Shown here in pieces: positions 20,161 to 28,722 of a DNA stretch of 64,000 bases; position 1 is the first letter of the stretch, and every line of letters begins with the position of its first letter. Under the pieces are notes generated by a model. The model saw nothing but the letters and a program-made list of their open reading frames with translations. It made no database searches and was not told the DNA's origin. Origin of the DNA: Candidatus Solibacter sp. (lineage in GTDB: Bacteria > Chloroflexota > Dormibacteria > DASZGP01); the NCBI GenBank assembly GCA_035569605.1, contig DATMMS010000001.1, forward strand, positions 91,521-155,520. The letters are read 5' to 3'. Both the position numbers and the translations under genes were made by a program.

Positions 20161-21135
20161 ATGGCGATCCAGCCGGTGCTGGTGGTGTCGACTTCGCCGG
20201 CGCCGCCCGAGCTCTTCGGCGGGAGCCTGCCGGAGGGCTCCCAGGTGATCAAGGCGAGTTACCAGGAGTTGCTCGAGCGGGCCCCCGAGGCGGACATCAT
20301 CGTCGGCGACTGGTCCCACACCATCCACGTCGACGCGCCCGTGATCGAGCGGGCGGCTCGCTGCCGCCTGATCCAGCAGCCGACGGCGGGCTACGAAAAC
20401 ATCGACGTCGCCGCCGCCGACGCCGGCGGGATACCGGTGGCCAACGCCGGCCCCGCCAACGCCAACGCCGTCGCCGAACACGCGGTGATGAGCATCATCG
20501 GCTGCCTCCGCCACCTGCGGGAGGCGATCGCCGACACCGAGGCGGGCGAATGGGAACAGCAGAGATGGCTCGACATGGACCTGTCGGACCTCGAGGGACG
20601 GTCGGTGGGCATCCTCGGCTTCGGCGCCATCGGGCAGGCGATCGCTCGGCGGCTGTCGGGATTCGACTGCACCGTCCACTACCACCGGCGGCACCGCCTC
20701 GATGCGGCCGAGGAGGAGCGGCTGGGTGCCACATACGTCGAGCTCGACGCCCTCGTGAGCGGCAGCGAGGTCCTGGTGCTGGCCCTACCGCTGACCCCTG
20801 AGACCCGGGGGCTTCTCAGCGCCGACAGGCTGTCGGCGATGCCGGCGGGCGCGGTGCTGGTCAACGTCTCGCGCGGCGGCCTGGTCGACGACGACGCGCT
20901 GATTGCCGCCCTGGAGCAGCGGCGCCTGGGTGGCGCCGCGCTGGACGTGTTCACCACCGAGCCCTTGCCTCGGGGCCACCGCTTCACCGGCCTGCCCAAC
21001 GTGCTGCTGACGCCGCACATCGCCGGGATGACCGCCAACTCCAAGCGCAACATCCTCCTCAACAGCATCTCCAATGTCGGCCGCGCCGCCCGCGGTGAGG
21101 CTCCCTTCTGGGTCGTCAACAACCCGAGACACTGA
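20161..21135 (+). CDS. D-isomer-specific 2-hydroxyacid dehydrogenase family protein
   Basis: NAD fold GILGFGAIGQAIARRL and a catalytic region with R...E...H (NVSRGGLVD, LTPHIAG). Confidence 0.85.
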   Translation: MAIQPVLVVSTSPAPPELFGGSLPEGSQVIKASYQELLERAPEADIIVGDWSHTIHVDAPVIERAARCRLIQQPTAGYENIDVAAADAGGIPVANAGPANANAVAEHAVMSIIGCLRHLREAIADTEAGEWEQQRWLDMDLSDLEGRSVGILGFGAIGQAIARRLSGFDCTVHYHRRHRLDAAEEERLGATYVELDALVSGSEVLVLALPLTPETRGLLSADRLSAMPAGAVLVNVSRGGLVDDDALIAALEQRRLGGAALDVFTTEPLPRGHRFTGLPNVLLTPHIAGMTANSKRNILLNSISNVGRAARGEAPFWVVNNPRH

Positions 21136-21136
21136 C

Positions 21137-21517
21137 GTGCCGGGCAAGGAGGGCAGGGCGCGCCTGCTGGTGATCGAGGACGAGCCGTCACTGGCGAAGG
21201 TCCTGCAGATGCGGCTGGAGATCGAAGGGTTTGAGGTCGAGATCGCCTTCGACGGCGCCGAGGGCATGAAGATGATGGGCGCAAAGGCCCCCGACCTGGT
21301 GGTTTGCGACCTGATGATGCCGGTGATGGACGGGCTCGAGGTGACCCGTGCGATGAAGGGCAACCCCAAGCTCAAGTCGATACCGATCCTGATCCTGACC
21401 GCGCTGAAGAGCGAGAAGCAGATGAGGGAGCTCGAGAAGGCGGGCGCCGACGGCTTCGCCACCAAACCGTACGACGGGAAAGAGCTCAGCAGCCGGATCC
21501 GCTCGCTACTCGCCTAG
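21137..21517 (+). CDS. Stand-alone CheY-like receiver response regulator
   Basis: LLVIEDE...DLVVCDLMMPVMDG...LTALK...KPY. The GTG start lies 1 nt after the upstream stop. Confidence 0.85.
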   Translation: MPGKEGRARLLVIEDEPSLAKVLQMRLEIEGFEVEIAFDGAEGMKMMGAKAPDLVVCDLMMPVMDGLEVTRAMKGNPKLKSIPILILTALKSEKQMRELEKAGADGFATKPYDGKELSSRIRSLLA

Positions 21518-21559
21518 CCAGGCCGCGGGAAGGGGACGCCCCGGCGTCGGGGCCGGCCC

Positions 21560-21910
21560 TCAGTCGAGCGAGTCGAAAAGGGTGTTGCGGAGCTGCTCCA
21601 ACGCCTCGAACTCTTCGATCGAAGGCTTGCTGGCGGCGTGCACCTGGGCGGGGTACTTCATCCGCTGGACACCTTCCAGCAGGATCTTGATCTGGCGCTC
21701 GGTGAGCTGCAAACGGTGGACCGCCCGCTCGCGCGCCAGCGGCGCCGGCTCGGGGTAGCTCGGCGACGGCGCCGGCGTCCTGCCGACGTGCCCGGCGATC
21801 CCATCGGCCGGCGCAGGTTCTGTCGAGGTGGTCTCTTCGTCGGCCTCGATCCGGGTCGGACGGAAAAGCTCCTCAGAGCCGACCAGCGAGATGCGGTTGA
21901 ACTTAGGCAT
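21560..21910 (-). CDS. Hypothetical small protein translationally coupled to ParA (candidate partner/adaptor)
   Basis: 8-nt overlap with the parA-like stop. Basic N-terminal peptide MPKFNR, a Pro/acidic disordered middle, and a helical C-terminus. No recognisable ParB/HTH motif. Confidence 0.55.
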   Translation of the reverse strand: MPKFNRISLVGSEELFRPTRIEADEETTSTEPAPADGIAGHVGRTPAPSPSYPEPAPLARERAVHRLQLTERQIKILLEGVQRMKYPAQVHAASKPSIEEFEALEQLRNTLFDSLD

Positions 21911-22670
21911 GAGTTAGGACCTCCTGGGCCAACTGTCGGTAAGCCTTGGCCCCGTCGGTGTCCCCGGCGTACTCCAGGATGGAGCGTCCGGCCGGTGGGC
22001 ACTCGGCGAACCTGATGCTGTCCTTGATGAAGAAGGGGAACACCTCGTCCCCGTACGCCTGCTTGACCAGTTCCAGAACCTCCTGGCTGTGCAGGGTGCG
22101 CGACTTGTAGATCGTAGGCAGGATGCCCCCCACCTTGAGCTTGGGGTTGAGCTTCTGCCGGACCCGCTCGATGCTGCGCTGCAGCTGCTGCATCCCCTTC
22201 ATCCCGAAGTACTCGCACTGCAGCGGGATGATCACCTCGTCGGACGCCACCAGGGCGTTGACAGACAGCAGGCTCAGCGACGGCGGGCAGTCGATGACGA
22301 TGAAGTCGTACAGGCCCTGTAGCGGCTGGAGCTTGTCCTTGAGGATCTGCTCGCGGCCCATCTCGTTGATCATCTGGATCTCGGCCGCTGACAGCTCCAG
22401 GTTGGCGGGAATGAAGTCGACCTTCATCAGCTCCGCCCGCATGATCAGGTCTCGCGCCTGCACGTCGTAGTCCATCAGCAGGTTGTAGACGGTGTGGTCG
22501 ATCTCGTCGGGCCGCCGCACGCCCATGTTGATGGTCAGGTGCGCCTGCGGGTCAAGGTCGATCAGCAGAACCCGCTGGCCCAGCTCCGCCAGTCCAGCGC
22601 CCAGGTTGACACAGGTGGTGGTCTTGCCGACACCGCCTTTCTGGTTGGCGATGGAGATGGTTTTCGCCAT
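21903..22670 (-). CDS. ParA/Soj-family P-loop ATPase
   Basis: Deviant Walker A ANQKGGVGKTTT, then LIDLDPQ and DFIVIDCPPSL. Confidence 0.9.
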   Translation of the reverse strand: MAKTISIANQKGGVGKTTTCVNLGAGLAELGQRVLLIDLDPQAHLTINMGVRRPDEIDHTVYNLLMDYDVQARDLIMRAELMKVDFIPANLELSAAEIQMINEMGREQILKDKLQPLQGLYDFIVIDCPPSLSLLSVNALVASDEVIIPLQCEYFGMKGMQQLQRSIERVRQKLNPKLKVGGILPTIYKSRTLHSQEVLELVKQAYGDEVFPFFIKDSIRFAECPPAGRSILEYAGDTDGAKAYRQLAQEVLTHA

Positions 22671-22710
22671 AGAGGGATGAGTTTAGCCGGAATTCACGCC
22701 GGCGCAGCCT

Positions 22711-22738
22711 GAACTGAGGCGTTCGTATACTTCGGCCT
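22711..22738 (+). promoter_or_regulatory. Leaderless-type promoter (-10 TATACT) preceded by GAAC-N6-GTTC
   Basis: TATACT at 22726-22731 lies 7 nt upstream of the GTG at 22739. GAAC (22711) and GTTC (22721) are spaced N6. The 12-mer AGGCGTTCGTAT is identical to 30817-30828. Confidence 0.35.
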
Positions 22739-23464
22739 GTGTTCGTGCTGCCGGCGCTGACCACGCTCATCAGCCTGGGCTTCGCGGCCCAGGTCCTGAA
22801 CCGGTATCGGGCCCGGCGCAGACCGCACGAGCTGGCCTGGGGCTTGGCGCTCGTCTTTTACGCCATCGCCGCGGTGCCCGAGGCGCTGGCGGCACTGAAC
22901 AGCTGGGACTCTCTCGGCTACCGGGTCTTTTACCTGTTCGGTGGGGTCCTGCTCGTCCCATGGCTGTCCCTTGGCACGGTCGAGTTGCTGCTTCGAGCCG
23001 ACAATGCACGCTGGGCGCTGGTCGGCTACCGGATATTCGTGGGTCTGGTCACGGTGGTCGGTTTGGTCGCCGTCATAGCGGCGCCATTACACACGGCTCA
23101 CCTGGCCACCTCCGAAGCCCCCAGCAACTGCACCATGCTCTGCACCTCTGAAAGCGGTTACGGGCTCTTCAACGTCATCTCTCTGATCGAAGCGATCGTG
23201 GGCAACACCGTCGGGACCCTGGTGCTGGTAATCGGCGCTCTCTATTCAGCCGTCCGGACATTCCAGGCGCGGCTGCCGGCCAACCTTCCGGCGGGCAACG
23301 TTCTGATCCTGGTCGGCTCGCTGGTTGTCGCGCTGGCGGCGACGCTGACGCGATTCGGCTCCTACGACTACTTCTACGCGGGACAGGCAGCCGGCGTGGC
23401 CATCATCTTCGTCGGCTTCCTGGTCATCGCCGCCACCCCCCAGCACCGGGCTCAGCCGGCTTAG
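22739..23464 (+). CDS. Polytopic membrane protein, unknown function
   Basis: About 7 TM helices and good GC3 bias. Confidence 0.6.
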   Translation: MFVLPALTTLISLGFAAQVLNRYRARRRPHELAWGLALVFYAIAAVPEALAALNSWDSLGYRVFYLFGGVLLVPWLSLGTVELLLRADNARWALVGYRIFVGLVTVVGLVAVIAAPLHTAHLATSEAPSNCTMLCTSESGYGLFNVISLIEAIVGNTVGTLVLVIGALYSAVRTFQARLPANLPAGNVLILVGSLVVALAATLTRFGSYDYFYAGQAAGVAIIFVGFLVIAATPQHRAQPA

Positions 23465-23531
23465 TGCGCGCTCAGCGCCGCTGTGCACTGGCGGCGGTCG
23501 GTGTCGAGCCCGGCCTCGGCGGCTGAACTCT

Positions 23532-24248
23532 GTGATCGCCGACCTCGTCATCATCCTGGCCCTCCTGATCGGGGTGTACATCGGGATCAGCCGGGGGTTC
23601 GTGGGACCGTTGATCTCCGAAGGCGCCTTCCTGGTGGCCCTTTTCCTGGTGCTCCATCTGCACGGCCTCGTCGATGGCTTCCTGCCGATCGGGATCGCGC
23701 GCACCGGGTTGAGCGTGGTGCTGGTCTTTGTGCTGTCGATTGCCCTGCGCCTGCTGGCGCGGCCGCTGGTCATGATCTGGCGCACGATCCCGCTGCTGCG
23801 TGCCATCGACGCACCTCTGGGAGCGGTCATCCACGGCCTGCTCGCCTTTCTCCTTCTCTACCTCGCGCTGGGGGTGATCCTGGACTTCGACAAGAACGTC
23901 TACCCCCTGTTGCGCGCCAGCACCGCCACTGCCGAGCAGATCGACAAGTACCGTCAGGCGGTCCAGAGCCAGCCGCTGCTGAACGGCTTCGTCGACGACG
24001 CCAGGCTGCGCCAGCTGGCCCAGCAGGCCGGGCCCAACCCGTTGCCGATGCAGCAGGTGCGACAGGTGGAGGGCTTCCTCAACTTCTACGACCACTACAT
24101 AAGGGGCCCGCTGCTGAGCTCGAGGGCGGCGCCGGTGATCAACAGCCTGGGCGCGAAGCTGCCGGTGGTGGGGCACACGCGGCCGTACCTGGCCGGCGCG
24201 TCGACGGCGCTGCTCGACCTCCCAGCGACGATGCCAAAGATTTCCTAG
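23532..24248 (+). CDS. cvpA: CvpA-family membrane protein
   Basis: N-terminal DLVIILALLIGVYIGISRGFV pattern and 4 TM helices typical of CvpA, with an extended soluble C-terminus. Confidence 0.7.
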   Translation: MIADLVIILALLIGVYIGISRGFVGPLISEGAFLVALFLVLHLHGLVDGFLPIGIARTGLSVVLVFVLSIALRLLARPLVMIWRTIPLLRAIDAPLGAVIHGLLAFLLLYLALGVILDFDKNVYPLLRASTATAEQIDKYRQAVQSQPLLNGFVDDARLRQLAQQAGPNPLPMQQVRQVEGFLNFYDHYIRGPLLSSRAAPVINSLGAKLPVVGHTRPYLAGASTALLDLPATMPKIS

Positions 24249-24276
24249 AGTTCCTTCAGGGATATAAGGTGGTGCC

Positions 24277-25500
24277 GTGCTAGATCTCGCGCTGACGCCG
24301 GAGCAGGAGCTGCTCGTGGAGACCACCCGTCGCTTCGTGCGCACCGAGTTTCCCGACGTCATCAAGGAGAACGACCGGCTCCAACGCTACGACCCCGAGA
24401 CCTTCCCCAAGCTGGCTCGGCTGGGGCTGGCCGGGATCTCGATTCCCAAGCGCTACGGCGGTGGCGGCATGGACTACCTCGCCCTGGGGCTGGTGATGGA
24501 GGAGCTGGAGTACGTCGATGCGTCGCTGCGCACGGCCGCCTCGGTGCACAACGGTCTGTGCAGCACCGGCGTCTACCAGTGGGGCAGCGAGGAGCAGAAG
24601 CAGCGCCTCCTCCGGCCGCTGGCCGAGGGGTCGAAGATGGGCGCCTTCGGGCTGACCGAGCCGGACGCGGGCAGCGACGTCGCGGCGATGCGCAGCCAGG
24701 CTCGCAAAGAGGGAGACGTGTACGTCCTCAACGGCGAGAAGGCCTGGGTCAGCTTCTGCGACTACGCCGACTGGTTCCTGGTCTTCGCCTACACCGACCG
24801 CGACAAGCGCCACAACGGCATCAGCGCCTTCCTGGTTGATCGTCAGAGCAAGGGCTTCACCACCTCCGGCTACCACGACAAACTGGGGCTGCGGGCGGGC
24901 AACACCGGCGCCTTGGTGTTCAGCGACGTCGAGGTCCCGGCGGAAAACCTGGTGGGCGAGGAGGGCGACGGCTTCAAGGTCGCGATGAGCTGTCTCGACG
25001 TCGGGCGTTTCACGGTCGCCGCCGGCGCGGCGGGCGCGATCAAGGCCTGCCTCGACCTGAGCGTCGACTTCTGCCACCAGCGGCAGACCTTCGGCAAGGA
25101 GATCGGCAGGCACCAGCTGGTGCAGGCGCGAATCGCGGCGATGCAGCGCGACTACGACATCGCCCGGATGCTCTATTTCAAGGCCGCCTGGTTGAAGAAC
25201 CAGGGCGTCCGCAACACTCGCGAGACCGGGGTGGCCAAGTGGTTCAGCACCGAGGCAGCCTTCGCCGCGGCTGACTCCGCGATCCAGGTCTTCGGCTCCA
25301 GCGGCTACTCCGGCGAGTACCCGGTAGAGCGCATCCTCCGCAACGCCCGTGCCCCCCGCATCTACGAGGGCACCAGCGAGATCCACCAGGTGATGCAGGC
25401 GGAGTACGCGCTTGGTTATCGCGAAGACCGCGAGCTCGACCACTCGCTGCCCGCATACGACCCGCGCGGCGGCGACCCCTCGTCGGGCGGCCCGATGTGA
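24277..25500 (+). CDS. Acyl-CoA dehydrogenase
   Basis: Typical ACAD segments (GLTEPDAGSD, catalytic region YEGTSEIH). Confidence 0.95.
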   Translation: MLDLALTPEQELLVETTRRFVRTEFPDVIKENDRLQRYDPETFPKLARLGLAGISIPKRYGGGGMDYLALGLVMEELEYVDASLRTAASVHNGLCSTGVYQWGSEEQKQRLLRPLAEGSKMGAFGLTEPDAGSDVAAMRSQARKEGDVYVLNGEKAWVSFCDYADWFLVFAYTDRDKRHNGISAFLVDRQSKGFTTSGYHDKLGLRAGNTGALVFSDVEVPAENLVGEEGDGFKVAMSCLDVGRFTVAAGAAGAIKACLDLSVDFCHQRQTFGKEIGRHQLVQARIAAMQRDYDIARMLYFKAAWLKNQGVRNTRETGVAKWFSTEAAFAAADSAIQVFGSSGYSGEYPVERILRNARAPRIYEGTSEIHQVMQAEYALGYREDRELDHSLPAYDPRGGDPSSGGPM

Positions 25501-26351
25501 GCGCTGCCATCGCCAGCGTCCTGCCGCAGATGGGCGAGGCCAAGTACGTCGACGTGGAAGGTCGCCGGGTGCGTTATCTCGAGTACGGCGCCGGCGCCCC
25601 CATCCTGTTGGTGCACGGCTGGATCGGCAGCGCCGAGAACTTCCACAAATGGATCCCCGCGCTGGAGGGACGGCGCAAGATGATCATCCCGGACCTCCCC
25701 GGATTCGGCGAGACCGCGCCGCTTGACGGCCCCCACAGCGTCGCCGCGCTGGGCTCGTTCCTGGACGCGTTTTCGTCGGCCGTCGGACTCGGGCTCTACG
25801 ACCTCGGCGGTCTCTGCCTCGGCGCCACAGTTGCGCTGGAGCTAGCCCGGCGCGACCCGGAGCGGGTCCGCCAGCTGGTGCTGCACACGCCGATCTATTC
25901 GCGCCGGGCGGTCTCCCGCCCATTCCGGATGCAGGCGGCCTTCTTCATGAACCGGCTGGTCTACGGCGTGGCGGTGCCCTTCGCCCGCAACCGCTGGATC
26001 AGCGATCGCTACAAGCGCTACTTCGTGGAGGGCGCCAAGGTGGACGCCTTCGACGCCGCCGTCAACTTCGAGAACCAGATGCGTGCCTTTCCGCGGGCCG
26101 CCCGCGAGTGGCTTCGGGATGCCCTGGTGCAGGATTTCGAGTCGTGGCTGCGCGCCTGGGAGCAACCGGTATTGATGGTTGTGGCGGCGGATGACTGGAT
26201 CCTCGACCACGATGCGATGCAGCGGCTGACCGAATCGATGCAGACAGCCGAGGTGGTCATGGTTCCTGACGCCGGCCACGGATGGACCGAAGCCCTGGTC
26301 AAAGCCCAGTCCGCCGCGATCTCAGGCTTTCTGGCGACCGACCCCATCTAG
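25497..26351 (+). CDS. Alpha/beta-fold hydrolase with Cys in the nucleophile elbow
   Basis: HGW oxyanion region and PERV..LVL pattern. The nucleophile elbow reads G-L-C-L-G (Cys codon at 25815-25817). GTGA overlap with the ACAD gene. Confidence 0.8.
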   Translation: MSAAIASVLPQMGEAKYVDVEGRRVRYLEYGAGAPILLVHGWIGSAENFHKWIPALEGRRKMIIPDLPGFGETAPLDGPHSVAALGSFLDAFSSAVGLGLYDLGGLCLGATVALELARRDPERVRQLVLHTPIYSRRAVSRPFRMQAAFFMNRLVYGVAVPFARNRWISDRYKRYFVEGAKVDAFDAAVNFENQMRAFPRAAREWLRDALVQDFESWLRAWEQPVLMVVAADDWILDHDAMQRLTESMQTAEVVMVPDAGHGWTEALVKAQSAAISGFLATDPI

Positions 26352-26466
26352 GGGGCCGCTTCCGGATAAGGGGCTGCTTCCGGGCCAGGAAGGTGGCATG
26401 ATCTGATCTACCCGGGGCAGGAGCTCCCCGCGAAGGCGATCGGCCTGCACGGGCGGAAGTCCCACA

Positions 26467-27255
26467 ATGGCCATATTGATGTGCCGCCCCGACTACTTCG
26501 GGGTCGAATACGAGATCAACCCCTGGATGCACGTCGAGAACGCGGTTGATTACGACCAGGCACAAGAGCAATGGGATGCGCTCTTCGACGCCTACAAAGA
26601 GCTGAAGCTGGACGTTGACCTGGTACCCCAGGTCCGCGGCAACCCGGACATGGTCTTCACCGCCAATGCCGCCGTGGTGCGCGACAAGCGCGCCGTGCTG
26701 TCCCGCTTCCGGCATCCTCAGCGGCGGTCCGAGGAACCCTACTGGCGATCCGCCCTGGCCGACCTGGGCTACCGGCTGACCGAGGTGCCCGCCGGCGTCT
26801 TCTTCGAAGGCGCGGGCGACGCGCTCTTCGTCGGTGACCGGCTCTTCGCCGGCTATGGCTTCCGGACCGACAGGGAATCGCACCGGGTGGTGGGCAGGGC
26901 GCTCGACGTGGAGGTGGTGTCGCTGCAGCTGGTCGACCCCCGCTTCTACCACCTCGACACCTGCTTCTGCCCGCTCGGACCGCAGACGGTGATGTTCGCG
27001 CCCGCGGCGTTCGCGCCCGCCTCGGCGAGGACGATCCGCAAGCTGGTGCCGCACGTCATCGAGGTGCCGCTGCACCTGGCCGAGGGCTTCGTGTGCAATG
27101 CCATCACGGTCGGCGACCGGGTGCTCTCGTCGGTCGGCGTCGAGGGGGTCGAGCCCAGCCTTGTGCGCGAAGGCTTCCACGGCCGGGGCCTGCCGATGAC
27201 CGAGTTCATCAAGGCCGGCGGCGGCGTTCGCTGCCTCTCGCTGGTACTGGACTAG
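26467..27255 (+). CDS. Amidinotransferase/DDAH-fold guanidino-group-modifying enzyme
   Basis: N-terminal CRPDYFGVEYEINPWM, an FYHLDTCF core, and a C-terminal catalytic Cys context GGGVRCLS. Confidence 0.8.
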   Translation: MAILMCRPDYFGVEYEINPWMHVENAVDYDQAQEQWDALFDAYKELKLDVDLVPQVRGNPDMVFTANAAVVRDKRAVLSRFRHPQRRSEEPYWRSALADLGYRLTEVPAGVFFEGAGDALFVGDRLFAGYGFRTDRESHRVVGRALDVEVVSLQLVDPRFYHLDTCFCPLGPQTVMFAPAAFAPASARTIRKLVPHVIEVPLHLAEGFVCNAITVGDRVLSSVGVEGVEPSLVREGFHGRGLPMTEFIKAGGGVRCLSLVLD

Positions 27256-27285
27256 TTGCGGGCGGCGCGTCGACAACCGTGAGCA

Positions 27286-28452
27286 GTGCCGCGGCCTGAG
27301 CTCGGTCTGCCGGCGGACCTCGACGCCGTCGTGATCGGCGCCGGCGCGGTCGGCTGCAGCGTCGCATACAACCTCGCCCAGCGCGGCATGACCAAAATCG
27401 TGGTCGTCGACAGCGGCAACATCGGCGAGGGCTCGACCGGTCGTTGCGCCGGCGGCGTACGGCAGCAGTTCTCGACCGAGGTCAACGTCCGCGTAGGGAT
27501 GCGCTCAGTCGAGATTCTGCAAAACTTCGAGACCCTGCTGGGCGCGCCCTCGGACTTCCATCAGATCGGCTACCTCTTCGTAGCCAGCGATGACGCCGCG
27601 ATGGCCGACCTTCGGCACAATCTCGAGGTGCAGCACCTCGCCGGTCTGGAGGACTCGCACGAGGTGGCCGTCGACGAGATCGCCCGGATGGTCCCCGGGC
27701 TGCGCGTGGACGACCTGGTGGGCGGCAGCTTCTGCCCCAGCGACGGCATTGCCGGCCCCAGCGAGATGACCCAGGGCTACGCCCACGCGGCGCGGGCGCT
27801 GGGGGTGGAGATCCTGGAGGGAGTGGAGGTGCAGGGCCTGGCGATAACCCCGGGCGCCAGCCGGGTCCGGACCAACCGGGGCGAGATCCGCGGCGCTCGA
27901 GTTGTGATCTGCGCCGGCGCGTGGTCGCGTCCTCTGGGCGATATGGCCGGGGCGACGGTCCCGGTGGCGCCCTATCGCCGCCATATATTCGTCACCAAGC
28001 CCTTCAGCGGCATCACCCGGGTGACCCCGATGACTGTCGACTACCGGACCACGTTCTACTTCCACCCCGAGGGCGACGGCCTCCTGATGGGTATGAGCGA
28101 CCCGGCCGAGCCCGAGAGCTTCCGCACCGACGTCGACTGGGACTTCCTCGACCACATGGTGGAGCACGCGACCGAACGCTTCCCGACGCTGGAGGAGGCC
28201 GAGATCATGACCGGGTGGGCCGGCCTCTACGAGGTGACGCCCGACCACCAGGGCATCGTCGGGGAATCCGAGGAGGTCAGTGGGCTCTGGCTCTGCTGCG
28301 GCTTCTCGGGCCATGGGTTCATGCAGGCCCCAGCGGTCGGAGAGTTGTGCGCGGACCTGATCGTCGGCCGTGAGCCGGCTTTCGACATCTCCGGACTGCG
28401 GCCCGGCAGGTTCGCGGAGGGCGTCGAGGTGGAGGAGCGGGCCGTCATTTGA
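27286..28452 (+). CDS. FAD-dependent oxidoreductase (DAO / sarcosine oxidase beta-like)
   Basis: Dinucleotide fold VVIGAGAVGCSVAYNLAQRG and a DAO-type C-terminal GFSGHGF. Confidence 0.9.
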   Translation: MPRPELGLPADLDAVVIGAGAVGCSVAYNLAQRGMTKIVVVDSGNIGEGSTGRCAGGVRQQFSTEVNVRVGMRSVEILQNFETLLGAPSDFHQIGYLFVASDDAAMADLRHNLEVQHLAGLEDSHEVAVDEIARMVPGLRVDDLVGGSFCPSDGIAGPSEMTQGYAHAARALGVEILEGVEVQGLAITPGASRVRTNRGEIRGARVVICAGAWSRPLGDMAGATVPVAPYRRHIFVTKPFSGITRVTPMTVDYRTTFYFHPEGDGLLMGMSDPAEPESFRTDVDWDFLDHMVEHATERFPTLEEAEIMTGWAGLYEVTPDHQGIVGESEEVSGLWLCCGFSGHGFMQAPAVGELCADLIVGREPAFDISGLRPGRFAEGVEVEERAVI

Positions 28453-28474
28453 CGCCGGCTCGGCGCCGCCCGGG

Positions 28475-28687
28475 TCAGGTGGCTTTGGTCGCGGGGACCC
28501 CGGCCTCGGGTGTGTGGTGAGAGCAGTTGAGGCGCATGTTGGCGCTCGGGTACGAGTAGAAGTAGCTGCAGAACAGGTGATAGGGGTTGCCCTTGGCGTC
28601 CAGCCGACGGTTGTCAGGGTTGACTCCCATGGGGGCTTCCTCGACAGTCACGATGCTCCGGTGCACGCAGCTCTCACAGATCTTCAC
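28475..28687 (-). CDS. Small Cys/His-rich hypothetical protein (70 aa)
   Basis: Strong GC3 coding bias. CxxC at the N-terminus (CESC) plus downstream Cys/His (FCSY, NCSHH). Divergent from the PrsA-like gene. Confidence 0.45.
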   Translation of the reverse strand: MKICESCVHRSIVTVEEAPMGVNPDNRRLDAKGNPYHLFCSYFYSYPSANMRLNCSHHTPEAGVPATKAT

Positions 28688-28722
28688 GATTCGAGAATAC
28701 GCCCATGCTAGACTGCCCCGCC

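Noticed and set aside
21535-21548. GACGCC-CC-GGCGTC palindrome between the convergent receiver gene and the ParA-partner gene as a terminator.
   Set aside because: The loop is too tight (2 nt) and there is no T-tract. The evidence is insufficient.
22711-22724. GAAC...GTTC upstream of the 22739 membrane protein gene, considered as a third SOS box.
   Set aside because: The spacing is N6, not the N4 of Cheo/LexA boxes. It shares the 12-mer AGGCGTTCGTAT with the HNH promoter, so I kept it as a promoter feature but not as a LexA site.
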